Shown here: positions 20,770 through 30,947 of the stretch, piece after piece | How positions within the stretch are numbered: position 1 is the stretch's first letter | How the letters are laid out: every line of letters starts with the position of its first letter | From: a bacterium | Lineage (GTDB): Bacteria; Zhuqueibacterota; Zhuqueibacteria; Residuimicrobiales; Krinioviventaceae | DNA length: 64,000 nt | NCBI GenBank assembly: GCA_963675755.2 | Contig: CAXXMD010000003.1 | Location: forward strand, 2,912,001 to 2,976,000 | Direction: 5' to 3' | The notes under the pieces: model-generated | The model's input: only the letters and a program-made list of their open reading frames with translations | Database searches by the model: none | What the model was told of the DNA's origin: nothing | Made by a program: the position numbers and the translations under genes

Positions 20770-22086
20770 ATGCGTTTAACCATTTTCTCAATAACTATAA
20801 TTCTGTTACTTGTTAATTGTGCTTTTTCTCAGGATGATCAACAGAATGATTTGGATGAAGAATTTGAATCATTAATGATTTTGGGTTTTGATGTTATTGG
20901 CAATACCTATACCAGAGACATTGTAATTACCCGCGAGTTAAAAATGCAGATAGGTGATCTTTATGAAGAAGATCGTCTGATTGAAGACCAGAAACGTATT
21001 CAAAACTTGAATCTTTTCAGCAGAGTTGAAATGGTGCCGGTGTTTAATCAGGATGGTGTTATAATACAGATCCTGGTATCTGAACGCTGGCATATTTTTC
21101 CGTATCCCATTTTGTATAGAAACGAAAGGGATTGGAGCAAGCTTTCTTATGGGGCGGGTATTTTTCATGATAATTTCAGAGGATTGCGTAATTTTGTCAA
21201 TACTTCCTTTTGGCTTGGTTATAATCCCGGTATGGATGTATACTACTCGAATCCCTGGTTTGGCGGCAAACATAAATTGAATTACAAGTTTTCGGCTTAT
21301 TCCAGAACCATTCGAAGCAAGGGACTGGAATATGACCGTTTTGATGAAAAACATCATGGCGCTACATTAACCTTTGGTAATAGATGGGGATACCATCTCT
21401 ATTTGTCCATGTCCTTAGGATTCAGGCAAGTATCTTTGCCTGTCGAGTATCGGTTTTTAAATTATTCAAATAGCAAGACGGACAGATTGCCTTCTTTTGG
21501 ATTTGCTATTAAATACGATAAACGAGATTTATGGGAGTATCCCAAAAGCGGTTTCTTTGCCGAGTTATATGTCAATAAAATTACAAACGCATCATATATA
21601 GATTATTTGCGATACGGAGCCGATTTGCGCAAATATTTCAATATGTTCAAAGATATTTCTATCGGATTTTATGGACGTGCTGATTTATCAACCGGCAGTG
21701 TGCCATATTATGACAAGATATATCTGGGGTATGCTTACCGTATCCGTGGCGAGTTTGATACACGTATGGAGGGAGATAACAGAGCTATTGGGCGAGTAGA
21801 ATTGCGTTTCCCCATCATTCCTGTAAAATATTTTGATTTATCAGAACAGGGTTATGATTTTGGGTCCTACAGTAATAATTTGCCGTTTGGTGTCAGCGGC
21901 GGATTGTTTTTTGATACGGGTACAACCTGGAATAGAAATACAAGTATTACAGATCAAACACGTTTAAATGGATTTGGCCTGGGACTGCATTTCCATGTCC
22001 CATATGTACAATTATTACGAGTAGAATATGCATGGAACTCTGATTTTGAACCACAACTCATTACAGATATAGGAGTTGCCTTTTGA
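20770..22086 (+). CDS. Omp85/BamA-family protein with a single POTRA domain
   Basis: GNTYTRDIVITRE POTRA start, NFRG, YDKRD..YPKSG, IRGE, C-terminal DIGVAF. Confidence 0.75.
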   Translation: MRLTIFSITIILLLVNCAFSQDDQQNDLDEEFESLMILGFDVIGNTYTRDIVITRELKMQIGDLYEEDRLIEDQKRIQNLNLFSRVEMVPVFNQDGVIIQILVSERWHIFPYPILYRNERDWSKLSYGAGIFHDNFRGLRNFVNTSFWLGYNPGMDVYYSNPWFGGKHKLNYKFSAYSRTIRSKGLEYDRFDEKHHGATLTFGNRWGYHLYLSMSLGFRQVSLPVEYRFLNYSNSKTDRLPSFGFAIKYDKRDLWEYPKSGFFAELYVNKITNASYIDYLRYGADLRKYFNMFKDISIGFYGRADLSTGSVPYYDKIYLGYAYRIRGEFDTRMEGDNRAIGRVELRFPIIPVKYFDLSEQGYDFGSYSNNLPFGVSGGLFFDTGTTWNRNTSITDQTRLNGFGLGLHFHVPYVQLLRVEYAWNSDFEPQLITDIGVAF

Positions 22087-22814
22087 GTCGGATGCATTTT
22101 CAACAATACTATGTGGAACCCCAAAATGTTTCTCAAAATAGTCTGGAACTTGATGGTGATGAATTCAATCATGCTGTCAGGGTAATGCGTATGCAGGTTG
22201 GTGATTTTATATCTTTAACAGATGGTCAGGGTCAAATCTATGAAGGTGCAATATCTGTAATTGAAAAAAGATCATTAACCGTCGATATCCAAAATATTTT
22301 GCAAAATGAGGGAGAGCCAGCGTTACAACTGGTTCTTGCAGAGGCTGTATCAAAAGGCAGCGGATTCGATTGGGTTGTTGAAAAAGGGACTGAGATTGGT
22401 ATAAGCACTTTTCAACCCATAATAACAGAAAGATCGGTTGCCAAGCCTGAAAAAAATGACAGATGGCAAAAAAAGGCCCTTGCGGCAATCAAACAATGCG
22501 GCAGAAGCAAGTGCCCTCAAGTAAAAGAGCCTGTTGCGTTTAAAGAATGTTTAAAGCAATATCAAGACAGTTTATTATTTATTGCACATGAAAGTCATCA
22601 GGGAGTACCTGTTGATGAGATTCAAAGGGCTGTAGCCAGCAACCAACAGGTCGTCTTGTTTATTGGTCCTGAAGGTGGCTTTTCTCAATCCGAATTTGAA
22701 CTGGCACTGCAACATAATGCTATACCTCTCAATCTGGGACCCCGGCGATTGCGAAGCGAAACAGCTGCTATTGTAGCTGCTGTCAAACTTTTAGAATACT
22801 CGGATGATTTATAG
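22083..22814 (+). CDS. rsmE: 16S rRNA m3U1498 methyltransferase
   Basis: HAVRVMR, EKGTEIG, IGPEGG and LGPRRLRSETA motifs. Confidence 0.95.
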   Translation: MSRMHFQQYYVEPQNVSQNSLELDGDEFNHAVRVMRMQVGDFISLTDGQGQIYEGAISVIEKRSLTVDIQNILQNEGEPALQLVLAEAVSKGSGFDWVVEKGTEIGISTFQPIITERSVAKPEKNDRWQKKALAAIKQCGRSKCPQVKEPVAFKECLKQYQDSLLFIAHESHQGVPVDEIQRAVASNQQVVLFIGPEGGFSQSEFELALQHNAIPLNLGPRRLRSETAAIVAAVKLLEYSDDL

Positions 22815-22841
22815 TTGAATAATAAAAATACAGGAGGATAT

Positions 22842-23183
22842 ATGGATTGTATTTTTTGTAAAATTGCACAAAAAGAAATTCCCGCAACTATTGTTTATGA
22901 AGACAGTGATGTGGTAGCTTTTAAAGATTTAAATCCTCAGGCCCCAACGCATACGTTGGTAATCCCCAAAACGCATATTGCTACTCTTAACGATCTTGAA
23001 ACCGAAAACGCAGAGCTGGTTGGCAAAATGGTACTTGCGGCTAAAACAATAGCTGCTGAAAATGGCCATTCAGATGCCGGTTACCGACTGGTGTTAAATT
23101 GCAATGATGATGGCGGACAAACTGTATTTCATATTCACTGCCATGTTTTAGGTGGTAGAACAATGCAATGGCCTCCCGGTTAA
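22842..23183 (+). CDS. hinT: Histidine triad nucleotide-binding protein (HinT)
   Basis: DCIFCKI, GQTVFHIHCHVLGGR, WPPG; ATG after GGAGG. Confidence 0.95.
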   Translation: MDCIFCKIAQKEIPATIVYEDSDVVAFKDLNPQAPTHTLVIPKTHIATLNDLETENAELVGKMVLAAKTIAAENGHSDAGYRLVLNCNDDGGQTVFHIHCHVLGGRTMQWPPG

Positions 23184-23280
23184 TTTAAGTCAAAAATACC
23201 TTGATTTTAACCTAAATTTTTTATAATTTTAAAGTTGAAAATGAACATTTAAAAACTTAGGAAAGGAGGTCGAGTACTTT

Positions 23281-23475
23281 ATGCCTGGAATCAGGGTAAG
23301 AGAAGGTGAACCCTTTGAAAGAGCGTTAAAACGTTTTACCAAATCTTGTGAAAAAGCGGGTCTGATGTCTGATATTAAAAAACATCAGCAATATGAAAAA
23401 CCCAGCGAATCTAAACGTCGTAAGGCTAATGTTGCCCGTCGCAAGATGCGCAAATTGCAAATGATGGAAAGATAA
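23281..23475 (+). CDS. rpsU: 30S ribosomal protein S21
   Basis: ALKRF and YEKPS motifs; SD AGGAGG. Confidence 0.95.
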   Translation: MPGIRVREGEPFERALKRFTKSCEKAGLMSDIKKHQQYEKPSESKRRKANVARRKMRKLQMMER

Positions 23476-23514
23476 TTTTTTGGTAATAATGTTGCCGTTT
23501 TAATTGGAGAAAAC

Positions 23515-23961
23515 ATGAGTTTTTTAACTCAGTTGACTGAAGATATGAAAGCCGCAATGAAGTCAGGCGATAAAGAGCGTCTGGGTACTATACGTCTATT
23601 GCGGGGACAAATCAAAGATGCTTCTATCGACAAGCGCAGTGAGCTTGATAAAGATGAAGAATTGGCTGTTTTGACCAGTGCCGCTAAAAAAAGACGCGAG
23701 TCTATTGAGGCATATAAAGCAGCAGGCCGGGATGATTTAGCTGATAAGGAACTAGTTGAATTAAAGATCATTGAAACCTATTTACCTGAACAGTTGTCTG
23801 AGCAGGATGTCGAAAAAATTGTGAATGAAGCAATTCAAGAGACGGGTGCACAGACCATCAAAGATTTAGGCAAGGTCATGCCGGCAATTATGTCCAAAGT
23901 CAAAGGACGTGCAGATGGAAAATTGGTAAATGAGCTTGTTAGAAAAAAACTGAGTATATAA
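23515..23961 (+). CDS. yqeY: GatB/YqeY domain protein
   Basis: DMKAAMK, KKRRESIEAY, YLPEQL, GKVM, GRADG; follows rpsU as usual. Confidence 0.92.
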   Translation: MSFLTQLTEDMKAAMKSGDKERLGTIRLLRGQIKDASIDKRSELDKDEELAVLTSAAKKRRESIEAYKAAGRDDLADKELVELKIIETYLPEQLSEQDVEKIVNEAIQETGAQTIKDLGKVMPAIMSKVKGRADGKLVNELVRKKLSI

Positions 23962-23978
23962 GTTGAAACGACAAATTT

Positions 23979-24032
23979 GAAAGTGGATAGAGTTGGGTTT
24001 TTTACCTATATTCTTTATTCACTTTTTTTTAT
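23979..24032 (+). terminator. Probable terminator after yqeY
   Basis: AAAGTGGATAGAG...CTTTATTCACTTT imperfect stem followed by a T run. Confidence 0.5.
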
Positions 24033-24059
24033 TTACTATCATGCTAGCGGATTAAAATT

Positions 24060-24737
24060 ATGAACATTTTGGACTTTATTATCATTGGAATATTGACCTT
24101 GTTTGTATTTCTTGGTGCCCGGCGTGGTTTTATGGATGAAATTCTGGGTATTACCGGTTGGATCATTGCCATTATTTGTGCTGTAAAATTTGGGGGTACA
24201 CTTGCTGTAATAATCACCCGTCAGGTTCCCCAACTTCATATGATCAGTTCAGTTCTTGCTGGTTTGATGCTGTTGTTCGGCATTAGATATGCTTTTTTAC
24301 TGCTGATTGGAATGATTAAAAAGACAGCACCTGCTATAACAGAGAACAGTCTGAACAAAATTACCGGGGCTATATTGGGTTTTGTTCAGGGTATTCTTTT
24401 AATCAGTATATTGATTCTTTTATTATGGGTAATACCTTTTGGAAATAATGTAAATCGAGTGCAAAAGCAATCTGTTCTTTTGCCGCATATGGAAAAAGTA
24501 ACAGTTTTTCTGGTGAATTCTGTTGGGAATTTTATCCCCTATACTCAACCCATGATCGATAAATTGTATGATAGAATAGATAACAATAAATTAGATAAAG
24601 ATGGGCTTGAACCAAAAGATATTAAAGATCTGGGGAAAAAAGTTAACAAAATTGCAGATGAAGATCTTGTGGATAAAGATAAGCGTAAAGAAATGAAAGA
24701 GGCGGCCAGAAAGCTGGAAAAGGAGTTACGGAGATAA
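24060..24737 (+). CDS. cvpA: CvpA (colicin V production) family membrane protein
   Basis: MNILDFII..GARRGFMDE, LNKITGAILG; upstream of mutS2. Confidence 0.85.
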   Translation: MNILDFIIIGILTLFVFLGARRGFMDEILGITGWIIAIICAVKFGGTLAVIITRQVPQLHMISSVLAGLMLLFGIRYAFLLLIGMIKKTAPAITENSLNKITGAILGFVQGILLISILILLLWVIPFGNNVNRVQKQSVLLPHMEKVTVFLVNSVGNFIPYTQPMIDKLYDRIDNNKLDKDGLEPKDIKDLGKKVNKIADEDLVDKDKRKEMKEAARKLEKELRR

Positions 24738-24741
24738 ACAT

Positions 24742-27099
24742 TTGGAATCCTGTTATGAAACATTAGAGTTCCTTAAAATACGAGAAAAAATTGCTGCATG
24801 TGCAGCTTCTGTTTTAGGTGAAAAACTCGCCCTTGAAATCCAACCCATTCATGATACTCAAGAATTAACAATCATACAAACCCAGGTAACAGAATTACGT
24901 GATTTGAATGATTACGATCACGCTGTACCTATGGAAGGAATACAAGATATTGAAACCATTCTTAAAAAAGCAGGAATGGCCGGCAGTATTTTAGGTATTC
25001 ATGAATTGATTGCTGTTTATCAACAAGCTAATACATCAAGGCGATTAAGTAGTTATTTCTTTCAAAGAAAAGAAAAAATACCTCATTTTAAAAAAATCTC
25101 AGATAGGCTGATTATATTACCTGAACTGGAAAAAGAAATCAGTCGATGTATTGATATAAAAAGCACGGAAATTTTAGATAATGCGAGTCCTGAACTAGCA
25201 CAGGTCCGAAGTCAGATCAACCGGGTTCGTAACTCTATAAGACGGAAAATTGAGACCAAATTAAAATCCTTTGGTGAGCAAGGCATGCTGCAGGAGAATG
25301 TGATCAGTGTGCGCGATGGTCGTTTTGTACTTATGGTAAAAGACGAATACAAGCGCAAGGTTAAGGGATTGATACATGGCCAATCTGCAAGCGGCTCCAG
25401 TTATTTTATTGAACCCATGGATGTATTTGAAGAAAATAATCGTATCCGTGAATTGCTGAACGAAGAAGCCCGCGAAATTGAACGTATTTTGACTCAATTG
25501 ACCATACGTGTTCATGAGGTTGTTGGCGAGCTGAAAAGAAATGATAAAGTTCTTGCTCAAATTGATCTCTTTTATGCCAAAGCTGTATTTTCAAAATCTA
25601 TTAATGGCTTTCAACCCGAGCTGGTAGATAGTCCTGAAATCATGATAGCAGGCGGCAGACACCCTTTGCTCATTTTACGTTTGGGTGAATCGAATGTAGT
25701 ATCGCTTGATATCGAGTTGAGTAAAATATCTACTTTGATCATAAGCGGTCCCAATGCTGGCGGCAAAACAGTTGCTTTGAAAACCGTAGGATTGTTAACA
25801 CTCATGGCCCGATGCGGGTTACATATTCCTGCCAAGCCCCATTCACGTATTGGGAAAATAACAAAGATTTATGCAAATATTGGTGATCAGCAATCTATTG
25901 AAAATGATCTATCCACATTTTCATCACATGTTCAATCCCTTGCTGATATTGCCTCGAATGCGGATGAAAATAGCCTGGTGCTGGTTGATGAAATAGGAAC
26001 CGGTACTGATCCTGAAGAAGGTATAGCACTTGCCATTACACTATTGCAACGACTCACTGACAGACACGCATTAACCATAGTTACAACTCACCTGGGTGCA
26101 TTAAAGGCCTTTGCCTACCAAACTGACCGTGTTGAAAATGCATCTATGGAGTTTGATCGGGAAACCTTGCAGGCAACTTATAAATTTAGAACCGGTATCC
26201 CCGGTTCAAGTTATGCGTTTGAAATTGCACGTCGCATGGGTTTTCCTCCTGAATTGATTGAGGCTTCCCGCGAGCTGATTGGTTCGCACAAAGACCAGCT
26301 TGAAGGATTGATTGAAGATCTTGAGGAAAAGATACAATCTTATAATACATTGCTGTCAGAAGTAAGGATAAAAGACTCTGGCTTGAGCAGCCTTCAAAAG
26401 TTGTACACAGAGCGAAATGAAGCCCTGAAACGTGACGAGAAAAAAATTAAGCGTGAAGCTGTTAAAGAAGCTGAACAAATTATTGCTCAGGCTAACGCTT
26501 TGATTGAAAAAACTGTCAAAGAGATTAAAGAAAAAGAAGCTCGTCGTGAAGCTATACAAAATGCCAAGACAGTAATGAACGAACAGCAGCAAAAGATTAA
26601 GGTTATAAAAAAACAGGTTAGCGAACCAGAGCCGGAAGCTTTGATCTCAGTAGAGCCTGGCGATTATGTGAAATGGAAACACAGTACCAGCGTTGGTGAG
26701 GTGATTTCTCGGGTGGATAAAAAAGGCAAAGTCATGGTACAGTTGGATGGTGTAAAAATGCAACTGCCTTTGGCTGATCTTGAAAAAGCGAGTAAAAAGA
26801 AGAAAAAGCGAACCTCGGTAACACATATCAATGTTACTCAAAAAGAAATTATTACTCACGAGGTTGACCTTCGTGGGATGCGTGCTGAAGAAGCCAGATC
26901 CATAGTTGACCGGTTTATTGATGAAGCTTTAATGACCGGATTAAATGAGATTCGTATTATACATGGAAAGGGTACAGGGCGTTTACGACAGGACATTACA
27001 ACTTTTCTTAGTTCGCATCCACAGGTAACACAATTCAGGTTAGGGAACTGGAATGAAGGTGATTCTGGCGTTACTATCGCTACTTTGAAAACAAAATGA
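24742..27099 (+). CDS. mutS2: MutS2 endonuclease / ribosome-collision factor
   Basis: SGPNAGGKT Walker A, LSTFSSH, DEIGTGTDP, C-terminal Smr VDLRG..IIHGKGTG. Confidence 0.95.
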   Translation: MESCYETLEFLKIREKIAACAASVLGEKLALEIQPIHDTQELTIIQTQVTELRDLNDYDHAVPMEGIQDIETILKKAGMAGSILGIHELIAVYQQANTSRRLSSYFFQRKEKIPHFKKISDRLIILPELEKEISRCIDIKSTEILDNASPELAQVRSQINRVRNSIRRKIETKLKSFGEQGMLQENVISVRDGRFVLMVKDEYKRKVKGLIHGQSASGSSYFIEPMDVFEENNRIRELLNEEAREIERILTQLTIRVHEVVGELKRNDKVLAQIDLFYAKAVFSKSINGFQPELVDSPEIMIAGGRHPLLILRLGESNVVSLDIELSKISTLIISGPNAGGKTVALKTVGLLTLMARCGLHIPAKPHSRIGKITKIYANIGDQQSIENDLSTFSSHVQSLADIASNADENSLVLVDEIGTGTDPEEGIALAITLLQRLTDRHALTIVTTHLGALKAFAYQTDRVENASMEFDRETLQATYKFRTGIPGSSYAFEIARRMGFPPELIEASRELIGSHKDQLEGLIEDLEEKIQSYNTLLSEVRIKDSGLSSLQKLYTERNEALKRDEKKIKREAVKEAEQIIAQANALIEKTVKEIKEKEARREAIQNAKTVMNEQQQKIKVIKKQVSEPEPEALISVEPGDYVKWKHSTSVGEVISRVDKKGKVMVQLDGVKMQLPLADLEKASKKKKKRTSVTHINVTQKEIITHEVDLRGMRAEEARSIVDRFIDEALMTGLNEIRIIHGKGTGRLRQDITTFLSSHPQVTQFRLGNWNEGDSGVTIATLKTK

Positions 27100-27118
27100 T
27101 AAAATTACAGGATATATT

Positions 27119-27907
27119 ATGTTAAATACCGCAATACGTGCTGCAAAAGCGGCCAGTAAAATTCAATTAGAAAATCTGGGCAAGATTACATCCTCCCATA
27201 TCGATACAAAAAAACAATTTGATTTTGTGACTTTTGTTGATAAAACTTCTGAAGCGGCTATCATTGAAACCATCCAGAAAGAGTATCCTGATCACAGTTT
27301 TTATGGAGAAGAATCTCACAAACATGATGGCGGTGGACATCGTTGGATTATTGACCCACTTGATGGCACTACAAATTATATTCATGGAATACCTGTGTTT
27401 GCGGTTTCAATCGCACTAGAAGTAAATCATGAGATCGTACTGGGTGTTATATATGATCCTACTCGCGACGAATTATTTACTGCAGAAAAAGGCAAAGGTG
27501 CTTTTTTGAATGGTGATCCAATACAGGTGTCTGACATTGATGATCTGGGACTCGGTTTAATAACAACCGGTTTTCCTTTTCGTGCAAAAGAATATATTGA
27601 TATTTATTTACGTTCATTCAAAGAAGTATTGTTCAAAGCAAGCGGAGTTAGGCGACTCGGTGCAGCCGCTTTGGACTTTTGTTATATTGCATGCGGACGT
27701 TGTGAAGGCTTTTGGGAGATTAATTTAGGGCCGTGGGATGTTGCTGCAGGATCCATAATTATTCAGGAAGCTGGTGGAAAAATTACAGATTTCTCCGGTG
27801 GCAATAATCCCGTTTGGACAGGAAATGTGGTTGCATCTAACACTATTTTACATCAGGAATTATTACAAACAGTTCAAAATGTTTTCAAGGGACAGGTTGA
27901 CGAATAA
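27119..27907 (+). CDS. suhB: Inositol monophosphatase
   Basis: GEE, WIIDPLDGTTNY and PWDVAAG motifs. Confidence 0.92.
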   Translation: MLNTAIRAAKAASKIQLENLGKITSSHIDTKKQFDFVTFVDKTSEAAIIETIQKEYPDHSFYGEESHKHDGGGHRWIIDPLDGTTNYIHGIPVFAVSIALEVNHEIVLGVIYDPTRDELFTAEKGKGAFLNGDPIQVSDIDDLGLGLITTGFPFRAKEYIDIYLRSFKEVLFKASGVRRLGAAALDFCYIACGRCEGFWEINLGPWDVAAGSIIIQEAGGKITDFSGGNNPVWTGNVVASNTILHQELLQTVQNVFKGQVDE

Positions 27908-28337
27908 TATTACAAGAATCATCCGTATAACGCTATACCTGGTTGTTTTATGTTTACTGGTATTGTTTGGAAGTTATAACAATCCTACCATTACGCTTGC
28001 AATGTGTGATGCTGATCCGATAAAATATGACAATGCGTTTCTGGAAATAGGAAATGAAATCACTGTAAAAACAATTTATCCGGATTCATTCATTGTTCAC
28101 CAGAACGGTAAACTGTACAAAGTTGTTGGTCGATCAAAAAATCTGATACCTAACCAGTTCATCTCGTTAAAAGCAAACTATCACCGGGATGGATGGCTCG
28201 AGCTGGTGGATTACCATGTGTCTGAAAAAAGACGTGTCAAAATTTGGGTGTCGGTTTTACCTGTCTTTATCGTATTGATAATATTTTTCAAACAATTTAG
28301 ATTTTCATTCAAGAACTTTTATTTTAAACGGGTATAA
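27879..28337 (+). CDS. Hypothetical membrane protein (two TM helices flanking a possible OB-fold); start uncertain
   Basis: ORF fills the gap between suhB and the next gene, with TAATG coupling at its 3' end. Confidence 0.55.
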   Translation: MFSRDRLTNNITRIIRITLYLVVLCLLVLFGSYNNPTITLAMCDADPIKYDNAFLEIGNEITVKTIYPDSFIVHQNGKLYKVVGRSKNLIPNQFISLKANYHRDGWLELVDYHVSEKRRVKIWVSVLPVFIVLIIFFKQFRFSFKNFYFKRV

Positions 28338-28795
28338 TGGCCGATCTATTGACACATTTTGCGTTGGGTTATGCGACCAGTCGGCATCGTTCATTTGCTG
28401 ATATGCGTGCCATTTATTATCTCGGAATTATATTGCCCGATGTCATTACCCGTCCAATTTATATTTTATTTCCCGGCTTGTTTAATTACACAATTGCCAT
28501 GCATACACCTGTATTTCTGGTGATACTCTGTTTATTTCTTGCAGAATTCTTTCAGCCTCAAATCAGATCACTTGTGTTTAAATATTTATTTGCTGGTGTA
28601 ATAGTACATTTGCTGTTAGACTCAATACAACGCCACTTTATTGGTGGATATTATTGGCTGTTTCCGTTTTCATGGAAGACGTATGAGTGGGGACTGTATT
28701 GGGCCGATGCCCCGTTGAGATGGATACCGCTTTGGGTGATTTTAATAGCCGGCTATGAATTATTTATTCGCCTGCATCGCCATAATAACGATTAA
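28337..28795 (+). CDS. Membrane metal-dependent hydrolase (YdjM-like)
   Basis: TH..LPD..HT..HLLLD metal-ligand pattern in a hydrophobic protein. Confidence 0.65.
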   Translation: MADLLTHFALGYATSRHRSFADMRAIYYLGIILPDVITRPIYILFPGLFNYTIAMHTPVFLVILCLFLAEFFQPQIRSLVFKYLFAGVIVHLLLDSIQRHFIGGYYWLFPFSWKTYEWGLYWADAPLRWIPLWVILIAGYELFIRLHRHNND

Positions 28796-29789
28796 TTTCC
28801 CCTAAAATTTTGACTGCTTTTTCTTTTTTCTCCTTGGCCCTGTCCTTAATTTTTTCATCAGCATCAAGATCAATGGCCCTGTTAAGAAAAGATATTGCAA
28901 TAGAGTCCTGATCCAGTGCTTTATAGCATTGCCCCAATTTAAGGTTTAAAACAATTTCATTGTAATGATTATTTATGGATTCAGAAGAAACCGAGATGAG
29001 CAGTTTGTTGTATGTATCAATGGCTTGCTTATAATTTTGGGCTTTAAAAGAGGCATCACCCAGTGGCCATAAAAAGAACCTACTGTTATCAAAGTGTTCA
29101 AGACCTTTTTGAGAGATCTGGATAGCTTTTTCATACTCTTTTTCTTCTATATAAATCCATGCCAGATTTGATAAAGCTGCCCAACGTGTAAAGGTGCCTT
29201 TATCCAGTACCCATAATAAATTCTCTATGCCTTGTTCTCTTTTATCGGAAAAGAAAGGCAGCCATGAAAATTTACGTGTCAGATAACTACGCCAGTATTT
29301 ATAACTGCCAATTCCCAAATATGCATCATACCAGGTTTCATCCAATTGCAGGCATTTCTCAAGTTCATCAATTGAACTGGATGCTTTACGAATTGCAGAA
29401 AAGTATTTCTTGTCACGTGCAAGCTGATAACTGTGATAGGAACGGGCTGCACCCAGAAAGAAATGCGCCTCAGCGGATTCGGGGTGAGCTTTGACCAATT
29501 GTTCAGAGAGTTCAGTGGCTTTTTCTATATTCTCATAAAATTCATCTTTACCAACCTGGGTTTCAAAATCCATCATTTTAGATTGATAAGCCGCTGCTTT
29601 GAAAAAATATCCGGCAGGGTGAGAGGGGGCTAATTGAATAAGACTGTCAAAAAGAGCCAGAGATGTTTCGTATTCTTCCTCAATGCTTTTATCAATCCCC
29701 AATTGAACGAGCTCTAAATGCTTCATTCCGGTATTTGCGTAACCCAAAGAAAAAAGTAATAATATGGCTGTGATCAGTTTCTTTAACAT
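28764..29789 (-). CDS. Exported TPR protein
   Basis: Signal peptide and repeated TPR-like helices (AHFFLG, DAYLGIG, LKLGQCY). Confidence 0.75.
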   Translation of the reverse strand: MLKKLITAILLLFSLGYANTGMKHLELVQLGIDKSIEEEYETSLALFDSLIQLAPSHPAGYFFKAAAYQSKMMDFETQVGKDEFYENIEKATELSEQLVKAHPESAEAHFFLGAARSYHSYQLARDKKYFSAIRKASSSIDELEKCLQLDETWYDAYLGIGSYKYWRSYLTRKFSWLPFFSDKREQGIENLLWVLDKGTFTRWAALSNLAWIYIEEKEYEKAIQISQKGLEHFDNSRFFLWPLGDASFKAQNYKQAIDTYNKLLISVSSESINNHYNEIVLNLKLGQCYKALDQDSIAISFLNRAIDLDADEKIKDRAKEKKEKAVKILGEINRYYGDAGE

Positions 29790-29802
29790 AAGTGTCCTGA
29801 AT

Positions 29803-29831
29803 AAAAAAAAGCCCGCTAAAATTTAGCGGGC
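29803..29831 (-). terminator. Intrinsic terminator after the M23 gene
   Basis: GCCCGCTAAA-A-TTTAGCGGGC stem with 8 A on the + strand (T tail on the - strand). Confidence 0.8.
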
Positions 29832-29859
29832 CTGCAATAACAATATTTTATAATAAATC

Positions 29860-30786
29860 TTATTCTTCAATAATATACTTCATTGGATCCACTTTTTTGT
29901 TGCTAACCCGTACTTCGTAATGCAAGTGAGGTCCTGTGGATCGACCAGTATCACCTACTTTGCCGATAATGTCGTAGCGTTTTACACGTTGACCGGGTTT
30001 AACCAGGGTACGATGCAAGTGACCATAAACGGTTCTAAAACCATAACCATGATCAACAATGATGTATTTTCCAAGACCTTTATTTGCAGTATATTTTGCA
30101 ACAACTTCAACAACACGACCGTCAGCAGCAACATGAACATCGGTCCCGCGTGGGGCACTGATATCAATACCATCATGAGATCTATATTGTTCAACAAAAG
30201 GGTCAAGTCTCAAACCAAATTGGGCAGAAATACGTCCAATAGTAACAGGACGAATAGAAGGGGTGTGTTTCAATAGTTGTAAATCTTCATTGTATTTGGT
30301 CATGATTTCATTACGACTACCGGTGGCCAGATCAACACGTTGTTCCATGTTGTCAACCATTCGCTGGATCTTTATTGCCTTATTCAACTCGTCATCGTCA
30401 ATAGATGTGAAATTGGCATAAGTATCCAAGTCATGACCACCAACACCCAGATTACGGGTATCACCGTCAATAGCAGGTAAATCTACAAAAACCCTCAAGT
30501 CATCGTCTTCTTTTTCAAGAACTTTGACTTTGGTTTCGATTTGGTCTATTTTTTGCCCCATCTCAGTCAGCAAGTGCTTTAACTGAGTATTTGATTTTTC
30601 AAGCCTGGCATTTTCGATATGATGAAAAAAATCAGTAAATGTTTGCAGGATAAAAAATACACATACCAGTACAAGAGTAAACGTGACAAAAGATAATCCT
30701 ACAATTTTTTTCCATCCTAAACTAATTTGCCTAACCTCTGATCCCCCCATCGAGAAATAGATAAGCTTAATTCGTTTATCTTGCAT
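29860..30786 (-). CDS. M23 family metallopeptidase with TM anchor and coiled coil
   Basis: HDGID, YGHL, STGPHLHYEV motifs. Confidence 0.92.
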   Translation of the reverse strand: MQDKRIKLIYFSMGGSEVRQISLGWKKIVGLSFVTFTLVLVCVFFILQTFTDFFHHIENARLEKSNTQLKHLLTEMGQKIDQIETKVKVLEKEDDDLRVFVDLPAIDGDTRNLGVGGHDLDTYANFTSIDDDELNKAIKIQRMVDNMEQRVDLATGSRNEIMTKYNEDLQLLKHTPSIRPVTIGRISAQFGLRLDPFVEQYRSHDGIDISAPRGTDVHVAADGRVVEVVAKYTANKGLGKYIIVDHGYGFRTVYGHLHRTLVKPGQRVKRYDIIGKVGDTGRSTGPHLHYEVRVSNKKVDPMKYIIEE

Positions 30787-30889
30787 AATGATCCTTAAAT
30801 TTCAATTCCATTGACCCATAAACATACATACTATTATCACACTCTTCCCCGGCAGGAATATAGATAAAGATAAGACAATTAGTCCAGTA

Positions 30890-30918
30890 AATATAATGAT
30901 TTCAAGTGCTTTTGTCAA
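30890..30918 (-). promoter_or_regulatory. Sigma70 promoter for the M23 gene
   Basis: TTGACA-17nt-TATATT on the - strand. Confidence 0.65.
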
Positions 30919-30947
30919 GAAAAAAGTCTGATTTTCAAGCGCTTTGC

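Noticed and set aside
23258-23280. Strong SD of rpsU as Bacteroidota-style bS21 autoregulation
   Set aside because: Many other genes here (eno, hinT, the epimerase, the tolQ-like gene) also have strong SD sequences, so rpsU is not exceptional.
27100-27127. dif-like sequence (GATATA-TTATGTTAAAT, a perfect XerD arm)
   Set aside because: The left arm (TAAAATTACAG) lacks the conserved inner ATAA of XerC sites, and the match coincides with the suhB start codons ATG TTA AAT, so it is probably chance.
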